Part shown: piece by piece, positions 7,944 to 16,814 of the stretch
Layout of the letters: each line of letters begins with the position of its first letter
Position numbering within the stretch: position 1 is the first letter of the stretch
Source of the DNA: Clostridia bacterium
Lineage (GTDB): Bacteria; Bacillota; Clostridia; Oscillospirales; CAG-272
Length of the DNA stretch: 64,000 nt
Assembly (NCBI GenBank): GCA_017502915.1
Contig: JAFVUB010000014.1
Coordinates: 10,777-74,776 of the forward strand
Reading direction: 5' to 3'
The notes under the pieces: generated by a model
The model's database searches: none
What the model was told of the DNA's origin: nothing
The model's input: the letters and a program-made list of their open reading frames with translations, nothing else
Position numbers and translations under genes: made by a program

Positions 7944-9506
7944 TTAAAATTTACGCTTTACTATGAATAGCGTTGCCGTTGCAATTATCAGCACCAAAAA
8001 GGCGGCTATGCTTGACTTTGCGGGCATGGGCTTGCTTTGGCTTTCGGTTATCGGGGCTTCGTTGGGAAGCTCGGGAGAGCCGTTTTCCGGAGAGGGACTC
8101 TCGACGGTCGTGTCGTTTGGAATATCGCCGTCGTTTTCTTGGCTTGTATTGTTGTTCGAGCTTGACGGCGGAAGCGTCTTTTCGACTGCGCGGTAAACGG
8201 CGGTGTAGCTTCGGTCAGCTCTTGCGGTGGAGATAAACGACTTGTCCCAGCCAACGAAAACATAGTCGAATTTTTCGTCGGAGGCTCTTTCGGGTGCGGA
8301 CGGCTCAAGCACCGTATCTCCGTACTTATAAACGGTTTTGCCTATCAGAGTTCCGTCCCAATCGTAGAAGCTCACGGTTATCGGCTTAGCTTTCAGAACG
8401 GCATAGAGCGTTACGTTTCCCGTCACGGTCAGACTGTCGCTTGGCGAAAGCTCGGCAGAGCTCGACGACTGCTTGCGAGACCAGCCGAGAAATTCGTACC
8501 CGATCGGGATCTCGTCAAGCGGCAGTATTTTTGCTGTGCTGCCTGCCCTTGCCGTTTGACTGTCGACTTTATCATTTCCGACTCGGTAGGTGATCGTATA
8601 GTCCGCAACGTCTTTTGGCGTGACGTAATGTAGAGATATCCAAACGGTTTTGCCGTTATAGACCGTTTTGCCCCAATCGCCCGATGCCTCACTGATATAA
8701 AGCTCGGTTGATTTTTTGACAGTGTGGACGATCGAGGACGACGTTGTGGGGCTGCTTCGAAGATTCAACGTATCCGACGTGACCTTGTATATTCCTATCT
8801 CAACGTAGCCGTTCTTCAACTCGAAATCTCCGTAATTTCCGGTCGTTCCGGTGTATGCGGGAACGGCGTAGCCGACGATTCGACTGTTTCCGAGATCGTA
8901 GCTTCGGTAATTGACCATATCGCGAGACGTGTTTCCCTCAATGGTATAGACCTTGCCGCCCGAAACTCCGACGACGATTCCTATATGCGATGCATAGGTT
9001 CGATTGGCTCCGCTATCCAAAAAGAAGATGAAATCTCCTGCAACCGGAGTGTATCCCGAAGCGCGGGTCTTATATCTTCCTTGGCTTTTGAAATTCACCA
9101 CGAAATTATCACAGCTCACAGAGTTTATCACCGTTGAGGTCGAAATCCCTGCCTGACGGGCGCAAAAGGTCACGAACGAGGCACACCAATAGTAGGATCC
9201 GCCGGCATCGAGCGTGTTTTTGTTCGCATAGTTGTATTCAACGTAATTCTGACTTCCCAAATAATTCATACCGTGGAACTCTGATCTACTGTTGCCCTCG
9301 TGATAGCCGAGCTGGGAGATGGCAACGTTCAGTATGTCCCGTCGTTGGTCGCCGGTCAGCTTCAGGTTGACGAGACGTTCATAAAATATACTGCTTTTGT
9401 AGGCGTCTGTTGGAGAATATGTAAGCTTCAACGCGCTGATCGGCAGGATCAGTGTGGGAAGAATCAGAAGCACTGCCACAAAAAGCAAAACGAGTTTTTT
9501 TCTCAT
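7944..9506 (-). CDS. Secreted CHAP-domain cell-wall hydrolase with SH3 domain, two Listeria/Bacteroides-type repeats and a C-terminal membrane anchor
   Basis: Signal peptide. CHAP Cys (YYWCASFVTFCARQAG) and His (SHIGIVVG...YTIEGN). SH3-like segment YKVTSDTLNLRSSPTT...GKTVWISLHYV. Repeats ...YEFLGWS and ...YVFVGWDK. Pro/Ser linker and a terminal TM helix ending KRKF. Confidence 0.75.
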   Translation of the reverse strand: MRKKLVLLFVAVLLILPTLILPISALKLTYSPTDAYKSSIFYERLVNLKLTGDQRRDILNVAISQLGYHEGNSRSEFHGMNYLGSQNYVEYNYANKNTLDAGGSYYWCASFVTFCARQAGISTSTVINSVSCDNFVVNFKSQGRYKTRASGYTPVAGDFIFFLDSGANRTYASHIGIVVGVSGGKVYTIEGNTSRDMVNYRSYDLGNSRIVGYAVPAYTGTTGNYGDFELKNGYVEIGIYKVTSDTLNLRSSPTTSSSIVHTVKKSTELYISEASGDWGKTVYNGKTVWISLHYVTPKDVADYTITYRVGNDKVDSQTARAGSTAKILPLDEIPIGYEFLGWSRKQSSSSAELSPSDSLTVTGNVTLYAVLKAKPITVSFYDWDGTLIGKTVYKYGDTVLEPSAPERASDEKFDYVFVGWDKSFISTARADRSYTAVYRAVEKTLPPSSSNNNTSQENDGDIPNDTTVESPSPENGSPELPNEAPITESQSKPMPAKSSIAAFLVLIIATATLFIVKRKF

Positions 9507-9550
9507 AACTCCTCCTTTCTGTTTAGTGGAAATAGGGGGGCGTTATGCAA

Positions 9551-9580
9551 ATTATATCATGCTTTTCCTATGCTTGTAAA
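9551..9580 (-). promoter_or_regulatory. Sigma-A-type promoter candidate for the CHAP gene (TTTACA-18-TATAAT, TGn)
   Basis: Minus strand reads gTTTACAagcataggaaaagcatgaTATAATttg. Confidence 0.5.
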
Positions 9581-9664
9581 CCGCTTCTGCGCATTTGGCA
9601 GATATTACCGATCGCGTAGCCTGAGATTAATCGCGCTGTTTGATAAAAAGATTTTGCATAGCTA

Positions 9665-9693
9665 TTGTAAAATGACGAGATAAATGTTATAAT
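9665..9693 (+). promoter_or_regulatory. Sigma-A-type promoter candidate (TTGTAA-17-TATAAT, TGn extended -10)
   Basis: ttgtaa at 9665-9670 and tgtTATAAT ending at 9693. The RBS GGGGAGG and ATG at 9756 lie downstream. Confidence 0.55.
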
Positions 9694-9755
9694 GTATTAT
9701 TATATGCGGACGAACTGTCGGTATAGCATCAAAAGGTTATTTGGGGAGGTATTAT

Positions 9756-10559
9756 ATGACCGAAAATAACGCATATACTACTGCCACGACCTTTAAGGAG
9801 ATCAGAAAAGGCGCGCGTGGGATCATCTCGCATCAAGGGGTGCGCCTCAAGCTCGTTTTTGCAACTCTGATCTGCGCCTCGGCTTTTATTATGGTCGAGT
9901 ACTTCCTCTCATACGCTATACTGAACCCCGTGTATTATTTCTTACCTTGGCTTGATGCTTGGGGATCGTTTGGCGTTGATCAAGCGTATTTCGTGATCGA
10001 GTTTTTGATCTTCTCTCCACTTGCGGTAGGCTTTTATATCATTGCTTCGAGAGCTGCGCGTCAAGAGAATTTCGAGCTTTCCGATATGTTTGACTTTTAC
10101 CGCTCCTTCGGACGGGCCGTCCGCGCGTGGGGCGTGTCGGCGATAGTCTTTTTGCCGATCAAGCTCTGCTTGGTTTTGGTCGACGTGCTGCTTCTGCTTG
10201 AGATAACGAACGTTCTTATCGTTGTTTTTGTGATGGTAAATCTTTTTAAGATGTTCGTTCTTGGGGCGCTGGTGTACGGAAGACTATACACCTTTATAGA
10301 CGTTGCCGTCTGTCAAGAGGATATGAAGTTCAGTCGTTGCCTCGGTGTGGCGATCCGTTCAACAAAAGGACGGGTGTGCGAAATTTTTTGCTTCCGAATG
10401 TGTTTTGTGCCGTGGGTTCTTTTGTCGGTTGCAACAGTCGGCGTGCTTTTCATAATCTTCACCATTCCGTATATTGCAGTGGCGCACTGTCACTATTCAT
10501 CATATCTCATTACCGGTGAGCACCGGATACAAGATTCGGAGGACTTTCATAATGAATAA
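9756..10559 (+). CDS. Polytopic membrane protein (possibly DUF975-like)
   Basis: ATG at 9756 after a GGGGAGG RBS. Multiple TM segments. The family call is tentative. Confidence 0.55.
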   Translation: MTENNAYTTATTFKEIRKGARGIISHQGVRLKLVFATLICASAFIMVEYFLSYAILNPVYYFLPWLDAWGSFGVDQAYFVIEFLIFSPLAVGFYIIASRAARQENFELSDMFDFYRSFGRAVRAWGVSAIVFLPIKLCLVLVDVLLLLEITNVLIVVFVMVNLFKMFVLGALVYGRLYTFIDVAVCQEDMKFSRCLGVAIRSTKGRVCEIFCFRMCFVPWVLLSVATVGVLFIIFTIPYIAVAHCHYSSYLITGEHRIQDSEDFHNE

Positions 10560-12543
10560 TTTTTACGTAACAACAGCTATTGCTTACGCCTCGAAGAAGC
10601 CGCACTTCGGTAACACCTACGAGGCTATAATGACCGACGCAGTGGCTCGCTATAAGCGCGCTCGCGGCTACGACGTGTTCTTCTGCACGGGAACTGACGA
10701 GCACGGTCAGAAGATCGAAAATCTCGCGAACGATGCCAAGATCACGCCCCAGGCATACGTTGACCGAGTTGCCGGAGAGGTTCGCGCTCTTTGGGACAAG
10801 ATGAACACGAGCTACGATTATTTCGTTCGAACCACCGACAAGTATCACGTTGACGCCGTGACTAAGATGTTCAAGCGTTTTTTCGACCAGGGCGACATTT
10901 ATAAGGGTTACTACGAGGGCTGGTACTGCACTCCCTGCGAGTCGTTCCTGACCGATACCCAGATCGTCGACGGCAAGTGCCCCGATTGCGGACGCGAGGT
11001 CCAGAGAGCAAGCGAGGAGTCGTACTACTTTAAGATGAGCAAGTACGTTGACCGTCTTATGAAGCATATTGAGGATCACCCCGAGTTTATCGAGCCCGAG
11101 TCTAACAAAAAGGAAATGGTGAACAACTTCATCAAGGCGGGACTCCAAGATCTTTGCGTTTCAAGAACCACCTTTAAGTGGGGCGTACCCACCTTTGATG
11201 AAAACCACGTTATATACGTTTGGCTTGACGCTCTTTCAAACTATATCACCGCTATAGGATACGATCCCGACAAGTCGTACGACGAGCAGTCCGAGCATTT
11301 TAAGAAGAACTGGCCGGCAGACGTTCATATAATCGGCAAGGACATTGCTCGCTTCCATACCATCTATTGGCCCATCTTCCTGATGGCGCTCGATCTTCCG
11401 CTTCCGAAAAAGGTCTTCTGTCATCCGTGGTTCAACTTTGGAACCGATAAGATGTCTAAGTCCAAAGGAAACGTTATCTACGCTGACGAGCTTGCGGATC
11501 GCTTCACCGTTGACGGAGTTCGTTACTATGCACTCTCTGAAATGCCCTATTCGTCTGACGGATCTATAACCTACGAAACGGTTATCAATCGCTTCAACGG
11601 CGACCTTGTGAACAATCTCGGAAACCTCGTCAAGCGTACGCTTGACATGCAGAAGAAGTATTTTGATAAGGTCGTTCAGGCTCCGAACGCCACTGACGTT
11701 CTTGATGATGAGCTGAGGAATGCGGCGAGCGAGGCGTTTGAGAAGTATTGCTCCAATATGGATAGCTATCATATTGCAGATGCGATCGACGCCGTTGTTT
11801 CGTTGCTCCGTCGCGCGAACAAATACATCGACGAGACGGCTCCCTGGGTGCTTGCAAGAGACGAGGCTCAGAAGGAGAGGCTCGGAACGGTGCTTTACAA
11901 CCTGCTTGAGACCATTCGCAAGGCGGCGTTGATGCTCTTCCCCATTATCCCCGATACAGCCGAGGAGATACTGCGCCAGCTGAACTGCGAGGACGAGCTT
12001 TCGTTGCTTGATGCCAAGAGACGCTCGGGCGAGCACGCCTTCCTTCTCTTTGAGGACTTTATGGATAAGGCTATCGTTGCAGGACGTGCCGTCAACGACT
12101 CCAAGGTGCTCTTTGCCAGAATTGATGAAGCCAAGATGCTCTCCGAGATCGCCGCAGAGCGCGAGGCTGCTGCCGCCGCTGCCGAGAAGGCCGAGAAAAA
12201 GATAGAAAAGCCCGAGGGTTGTGCACTTATCGGTATTGACGACTTTATGAATGTTGAGCTCAGAACCGCAAGGATCGTTGAGTGCGAAAAGCTTCCCAAG
12301 GCAAAGAAGCTTCTCAAGCTCAAAATAGACCTTGGATACGAGGAGCGACAGGTCGTTTCCGGTATTGCAAAGTTCTATGAGCCCGCCGATCTTATCGGAC
12401 GAAAGATAATCGTTGTTGCTAACCTCAAGCCCGCAACCCTTTGCGGTGTTGAAAGCAACGGTATGATCCTTGCTTCGGGTGAGGAGCAGGTTCGCGTCGT
12501 CTTCCTTGCCGAAGACACCCCGCTCGGCGAAAGAGTAAGATAA
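10552..12543 (+). CDS. metG: Methionine--tRNA ligase with C-terminal tRNA-binding (EMAP/Trbp111-like) domain
   Basis: True start is MNNFYVTTAIAYASKKPHFGNTYE (a HIGH-type motif) after a GGAGG RBS. KMSKS is present. The C-terminus is ...VELRTARIVECEKLPKAKKLLKLKIDLG. The track's 5' extension is read-through of the upstream gene. Confidence 0.92.
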   Translation: MNNFYVTTAIAYASKKPHFGNTYEAIMTDAVARYKRARGYDVFFCTGTDEHGQKIENLANDAKITPQAYVDRVAGEVRALWDKMNTSYDYFVRTTDKYHVDAVTKMFKRFFDQGDIYKGYYEGWYCTPCESFLTDTQIVDGKCPDCGREVQRASEESYYFKMSKYVDRLMKHIEDHPEFIEPESNKKEMVNNFIKAGLQDLCVSRTTFKWGVPTFDENHVIYVWLDALSNYITAIGYDPDKSYDEQSEHFKKNWPADVHIIGKDIARFHTIYWPIFLMALDLPLPKKVFCHPWFNFGTDKMSKSKGNVIYADELADRFTVDGVRYYALSEMPYSSDGSITYETVINRFNGDLVNNLGNLVKRTLDMQKKYFDKVVQAPNATDVLDDELRNAASEAFEKYCSNMDSYHIADAIDAVVSLLRRANKYIDETAPWVLARDEAQKERLGTVLYNLLETIRKAALMLFPIIPDTAEEILRQLNCEDELSLLDAKRRSGEHAFLLFEDFMDKAIVAGRAVNDSKVLFARIDEAKMLSEIAAEREAAAAAAEKAEKKIEKPEGCALIGIDDFMNVELRTARIVECEKLPKAKKLLKLKIDLGYEERQVVSGIAKFYEPADLIGRKIIVVANLKPATLCGVESNGMILASGEEQVRVVFLAEDTPLGERVR

Positions 12544-12606
12544 ATATGACCTTTGGCAGAGCCGTTCCACCAAACGCGCTCTGCCAATGATTTAACGGAG
12601 AATAAA

Positions 12607-13395
12607 ATGAGATTTTTTGATACGCACGCGCACTACATTGATTCCCGCTATGGTGAGGAGTTCCCCGGAGGGGCAGACGCTCTTTTGAAAGAGGTCTTTT
12701 CGTCCGAAGTTGAGCGGATAGTAAACGTCGGCACGAATATTGAAAACTCCCAAAGCGCCTGCGAAATGGCGTCTCGCTATAACGGTATGTATGCCGCGGT
12801 GGGAATACACCCCATGGATTGCCGTGATCTTCCCGACGTTGACGCAACTCTTGCAGAACTTGAGAAGCTGCTTGAAAGGCGCGACGAGCTTAAGATAGTT
12901 GCTCTTGGTGAGATAGGTCTTGATTATTATTGGGATACGAGCTATAAGGAGCTTCAGCAGATATATTTTGAGCGTCAGCTGGAGCTTTCTGTGAAGTATG
13001 ATCTTCCGGTGCTTATTCACGACCGAGAGGCGCACGGCGATTGCTTTGAAACGGTGTTGCACCACCCCAATGTACGCGGAGTTTTTCATAGCTTCAGCGG
13101 AAGTCCGGAGCTGGCGCTGGAGCTGACTCGACGTGGATGGTATATTTCATTTTCGGGGGTCATAAGCTTCAAAAATGCGAGAAAATCACGCGAGGCAGCT
13201 GCAGCCGTTCCGGTAGAAAAAATACTTATCGAAACAGACTGTCCCTACCTTGCGCCGCATCCCTTCAGAGGTAAGCTTAATCGTTCGGATTATCTGAAAT
13301 ATACGCTGGAGGCTCTGGCTGATGCAAGAAACGAAGATGCGGAGGCTCTTTCAGAGACGGTTTTTCAAAATTCGTTGAACTTTTTTAGCATTTAA
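12607..13395 (+). CDS. tatD: TatD-family metal-dependent hydrolase/DNase
   Basis: MRFFDTHAHY start and the motifs GEIGLDYYW, LIHDREAH and ETDCPYLAP. Confidence 0.85.
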   Translation: MRFFDTHAHYIDSRYGEEFPGGADALLKEVFSSEVERIVNVGTNIENSQSACEMASRYNGMYAAVGIHPMDCRDLPDVDATLAELEKLLERRDELKIVALGEIGLDYYWDTSYKELQQIYFERQLELSVKYDLPVLIHDREAHGDCFETVLHHPNVRGVFHSFSGSPELALELTRRGWYISFSGVISFKNARKSREAAAAVPVEKILIETDCPYLAPHPFRGKLNRSDYLKYTLEALADARNEDAEALSETVFQNSLNFFSI

Positions 13396-13418
13396 GACAA
13401 AAAAATATAAAAAAGCTA

Positions 13419-13447
13419 TTGCAATTTGTGCAATTTTGTTGTATAAT
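13419..13447 (+). promoter_or_regulatory. Sigma-A-type promoter candidate (TTGCAA-17-TATAAT)
   Basis: ttgcaa at 13419-13424 and tataat at 13442-13447, about 90 nt upstream of the EF-G-like ATG. Confidence 0.6.
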
Positions 13448-13536
13448 TACCATTGTGGTTGTTCTTAAAAACTAATCATGTATAAATATATTCATCCCGA
13501 GTATTTTGCGTCGGGAAAACAAGGAGGAACATATCA

Positions 13537-15603
13537 ATGGCGAAAATCCCAACCGACAAAATCAGAAACGTCGCACTGCTGGGCCACGGCGGAAGCGGTA
13601 AAACTTCTCTTGCAGAAGCAATGCTCTACGTCAGCGGTGCTGTTGACCGTCTCGGAAAGACTTCCGACGGAAATACCGTCTGTGACTACGATCCCGAGGA
13701 GCAGAAGCGCGGTTTCTCTATTTCTACCGCTCTCGCACCCGTAAGCTGGAAGGATATTAAGATCAATATACTCGACACCCCCGGATACCTTGATTTTGTT
13801 GGTGAGGTTGCTCAGGCTCTTCGCGTTGCAGGTCTTGCGGTTATTACCGTTGACGGTAAGGCAGGTATCGAGGTGGGAACCGAGCTGGCTTGGAATTACG
13901 CCAGCGACGCAGGCCTTCCCAAGGCGTTCTTCGTTAACAAGTTTGACGATCCCGAGGCTCGCTTTAAGAGAGTTCTTAATCAGCTTCACGATGCATACGG
14001 AACTGCCGTCTGTCCTATCACCGTTCCCGCCGTTGAAAACGGTCAGGTCTCAGGATTCCTTGACCTTATGGATATGAAGGTCTACAACTATGACAATAAG
14101 GGTAATTATACCGCTAAGGATATACCCGCTGAGTTTGCCGAGGACGCCGAGTATTTCCGTAATATGCTGCTTGAAGCGGTTGCCGGAACCGACGAAGAGC
14201 TTATGATGAAGTTCTTCGAGGGTGAAGAGATAACGCGCGACGAAGCCGTTAAGGCGTTGCACCACGGTATTATGAAGGGTGAGATCGTTCCCGTATTCTG
14301 CGGCTCTGCCGGCAAGCTTTGGGGTGTTCGTAACCTGCTCGATACCATCGTCGGATCCTTCCCCACCTTCCTTGCTCGCGTTAACGAAAAGGCAGCTGAC
14401 GGCTCGGCTATCAAGATTGAGGAAAACGGCGACACTGCTCTCTTCGTCTTCAAGACAGTTGCAGACCCGTTCGTTGGTAAGATGTCCTTCTTCAAGGTCA
14501 TGAACGGAACCGTTAAGCGCGATATGATCTTGAAGAACATAAACTCGGGTGCTCAGGAAAAGATGTCTCACATCTACGTTATGAAGGGTAAGAATCAGAC
14601 CGAGGTCGATGAGCTGGCTTGCGGAGATATCGGTATGATAGCAAAGCTTTCGAACACTAATACCAACGACACTCTCACCTCCGGCAAGGAAGTTTCCTAC
14701 GCTCCTACCGTTTACCCCAGACCCTATATGGAAATGGCTATAAAGCCGCTTGCCAAGGGCGACGAGGATAAGATCTCGCAGGGTATCACCAAACTTCTTG
14801 AGGAGGACAGAACCCTTAAATATACCAACAACCCCGAAACCAAGCAGATGACCATTCGCGGTATTGCCGATATGCATCTTGACGTTGTTGTTTCGAAGCT
14901 TAAGACCCGTTTCGGTACGTCTGTCAAGCTTGAGACTCCCAAGATCCCCTATCGCGAGACCATTAAGAAGACTGTTGAGGTCGAAGGTAAGCATAAGAAG
15001 CAGTCGGGCGGACACGGACAGTACGGTCACGTTCGCATCAAGTTCTCGCCCGGAGAGGCAGAGGGACTGACCTTTACCGAGTCGGTATTCGGCGGCGTCG
15101 TTCCGAAGAACTTCTTCCCTGCCGTTGAAAAGGGACTTCTTGAGGCAATGCAGACCGGTGTTGCAGGATACCCGATGGTAAACCTTGCCGCCAATCTGTA
15201 CGACGGTTCGTATCACCCCGTTGACTCGAATGAGCTCTCCTTTAAGGTTGCAGCCTCGCTGGCATACAAGAAGTGCCTGGAGCTTGCAAATCCCGTTCTG
15301 CTTGAGCCGGTTGGTGAGCTGAAGGTCACTGTTCCCGAAAGTATGGTCGGTGACGTTATGGGAGACCTTAACAAGCGTCGTGGACGCGTTATGGGTATGA
15401 CTCCTGCCGAGAGAAAGGGATATACCGTTGTTGATGCAGAGGCGCCGAAGTCCGAGATGCTGGAATACCCCATCTCTCTCCGTGCTATGACTCAGGGACG
15501 CGGATCGTACGAGTATCACTTCGTTCGCTACGAAGAGGTACCTGCCGCCACTGCGCAGAAGATCGTTGAGGCTTACAAGAAGTCTCAGGAAGAGTCGAAG
15601 TAA
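13537..15603 (+). CDS. Elongation factor G paralogue (EF-G-like translational GTPase)
   Basis: 688 aa with an AAGGAGGA RBS. G1 is GHGGSGKT, G3 is DTPGYLDF, G4 is NKFD. EF-G domains III-V are recognisable (...GGHGQYGHV...). Confidence 0.85.
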   Translation: MAKIPTDKIRNVALLGHGGSGKTSLAEAMLYVSGAVDRLGKTSDGNTVCDYDPEEQKRGFSISTALAPVSWKDIKINILDTPGYLDFVGEVAQALRVAGLAVITVDGKAGIEVGTELAWNYASDAGLPKAFFVNKFDDPEARFKRVLNQLHDAYGTAVCPITVPAVENGQVSGFLDLMDMKVYNYDNKGNYTAKDIPAEFAEDAEYFRNMLLEAVAGTDEELMMKFFEGEEITRDEAVKALHHGIMKGEIVPVFCGSAGKLWGVRNLLDTIVGSFPTFLARVNEKAADGSAIKIEENGDTALFVFKTVADPFVGKMSFFKVMNGTVKRDMILKNINSGAQEKMSHIYVMKGKNQTEVDELACGDIGMIAKLSNTNTNDTLTSGKEVSYAPTVYPRPYMEMAIKPLAKGDEDKISQGITKLLEEDRTLKYTNNPETKQMTIRGIADMHLDVVVSKLKTRFGTSVKLETPKIPYRETIKKTVEVEGKHKKQSGGHGQYGHVRIKFSPGEAEGLTFTESVFGGVVPKNFFPAVEKGLLEAMQTGVAGYPMVNLAANLYDGSYHPVDSNELSFKVAASLAYKKCLELANPVLLEPVGELKVTVPESMVGDVMGDLNKRRGRVMGMTPAERKGYTVVDAEAPKSEMLEYPISLRAMTQGRGSYEYHFVRYEEVPAATAQKIVEAYKKSQEESK

Positions 15604-15610
15604 TAAAATT

Positions 15611-15640
15611 AAAGCGGAGTCCGAAAGGACTCCGCTTTTC
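15611..15640. terminator. Intrinsic terminator
   Basis: aaagcggagtcc-gaaa-ggactccgcttt hairpin followed by a T run. It lies between convergent genes. Confidence 0.75.
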
Positions 15641-15651
15641 ATCGTGTTAAA

Positions 15652-16497
15652 TTAAAGCACTACGTCGACGAATGCAGGTGAGTGGTCGGACAACGGGAGA
15701 TAGTAATCCGGCGTATATCTCTCGAAGCGACGAACGAAGCCTTCGGGGGCAAATTTCACCAGAATGTGGTCGAGAGCCAACTCAAAAGGGCGCTCAACGT
15801 AAGGTTTGTAGCCGTCGCCGAAGCAGTAATGATAACCCCAATCGTTATCTGCAAATTCAGTGGCAATATTATGGGCGTGCAAAAAGCCTCTCTCAAGGGC
15901 ACTCTGAATCGCAGGCTTATTGTATTCGGCATTAAGGTCTCCCACTAAAATAACCGGGCAATCATATTTGCGATTAAACTCCTCAAGGCGATCCATTGCC
16001 ATATTTAGCTGATAAACGCGAGCCTCGTGCGATCCCTCCTGGTAATTGTATGCACCCGGGTCACCGTTCTTCCACCACAGGTGGGTCGACATAAACGCGA
16101 ACTTCTTGCCGTCTGTTTTATCTCGCAATACGGCTATACACCAAGACTTTGTTCCGCCGTTGTTGAATTTACCTTCAAATCCGGGAACTTCCTTGGGATA
16201 CACAAGAAAATCGGAATCCAGGAGCTCAAACCTATCCGGACGGTACATAATGGGCGTGTCTCTTCCCCACAAAAGCGCATAATGCTCTCCCTGCGCAGCA
16301 AGTCCTCGAAGGATCTCGTCTGCCATAAGGGGCGACATTTCCTGACAACCGATGACATCCGGCTTCGTGTCCATATATACTTGAACCATACCCTTTGCAC
16401 GTACCGGCGCCGAGCAGTCATCTCCCTTAGCCTCCCAAGCAGGCTGATTCTCGTCGCGCTTCCAGACGTTATGTGTCATAATGCGAAGCTTTCCCAT
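15652..16497 (-). CDS. Endonuclease/exonuclease/phosphatase (EEP) family protein
   Basis: 281 aa (LRIMTHNVW..., GCQE, GDLN, SDHSP at the C-terminus). Confidence 0.75.
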   Translation of the reverse strand: MGKLRIMTHNVWKRDENQPAWEAKGDDCSAPVRAKGMVQVYMDTKPDVIGCQEMSPLMADEILRGLAAQGEHYALLWGRDTPIMYRPDRFELLDSDFLVYPKEVPGFEGKFNNGGTKSWCIAVLRDKTDGKKFAFMSTHLWWKNGDPGAYNYQEGSHEARVYQLNMAMDRLEEFNRKYDCPVILVGDLNAEYNKPAIQSALERGFLHAHNIATEFADNDWGYHYCFGDGYKPYVERPFELALDHILVKFAPEGFVRRFERYTPDYYLPLSDHSPAFVDVVL

Positions 16498-16532
16498 AAT
16501 AGAGTCTCCCTTTTATTTGTTATCTTTTGTTT

Positions 16533-16814
16533 TTATTTCATTCCGTTGAAATAAACTATTTCATCCGGAAAATATAATCCAAGCTTTTCGCGGGCAACGC
16601 GTTCTATGTATGCATCGTCTATCGGGGAGTTCAGGCGGTACTTAAGCTCGTCAACGCGATACTGTAGCTCCTCTTTTTCGAGAGCGAGCCTTATTGCCTC
16701 GTTTTGTATCTGGTTGAGTCTCATAAGATTCAGTACCGCAATGGTTACTGAAACAAGCAACAAGAGAGCTACTATCCAAAGAGCTATTCGATTTTTCTTT
16801 TTTACGTCGAGCAT
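16533..16814 (-). CDS. divIC: Septum formation initiator family protein (DivIC/FtsB-like)
   Basis: 93 aa with an N-terminal TM helix then a coiled coil (NQIQNEAIRLALEKEELQYRVDELKYRL). It has its own RBS (agaggg). yabP-yabQ-divIC synteny. Confidence 0.8.
   Translation of the reverse strand: MLDVKKKNRIALWIVALLLLVSVTIAVLNLMRLNQIQNEAIRLALEKEELQYRVDELKYRLNSPIDDAYIERVAREKLGLYFPDEIVYFNGMK

Noticed and set aside
10474-10551. The 26-codon N-terminal extension of metG in the ORF track. Similar 5' extensions occur at 12553 (tatD), 5084, 6423, 23168, 39177, 46888, 47553 and 61498.
   Set aside because: Several of the track starts that I checked are non-ATG codons (TTG/GTG), and all lie upstream of a better ATG or TTG preceded by a GGAGG-type RBS. 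They often fall inside the preceding gene, a terminator or a promoter. I used the RBS-supported starts instead.
11236-15642. Long antisense ORFs opposite metG (11236-12573, 445 aa) and the EF-G paralogue (14050-15642, 530 aa).
   Set aside because: The explanation is the same: both are in the codon-aligned antisense phase of strongly codon-biased genes. The translations are featureless and the sense genes are unambiguous.
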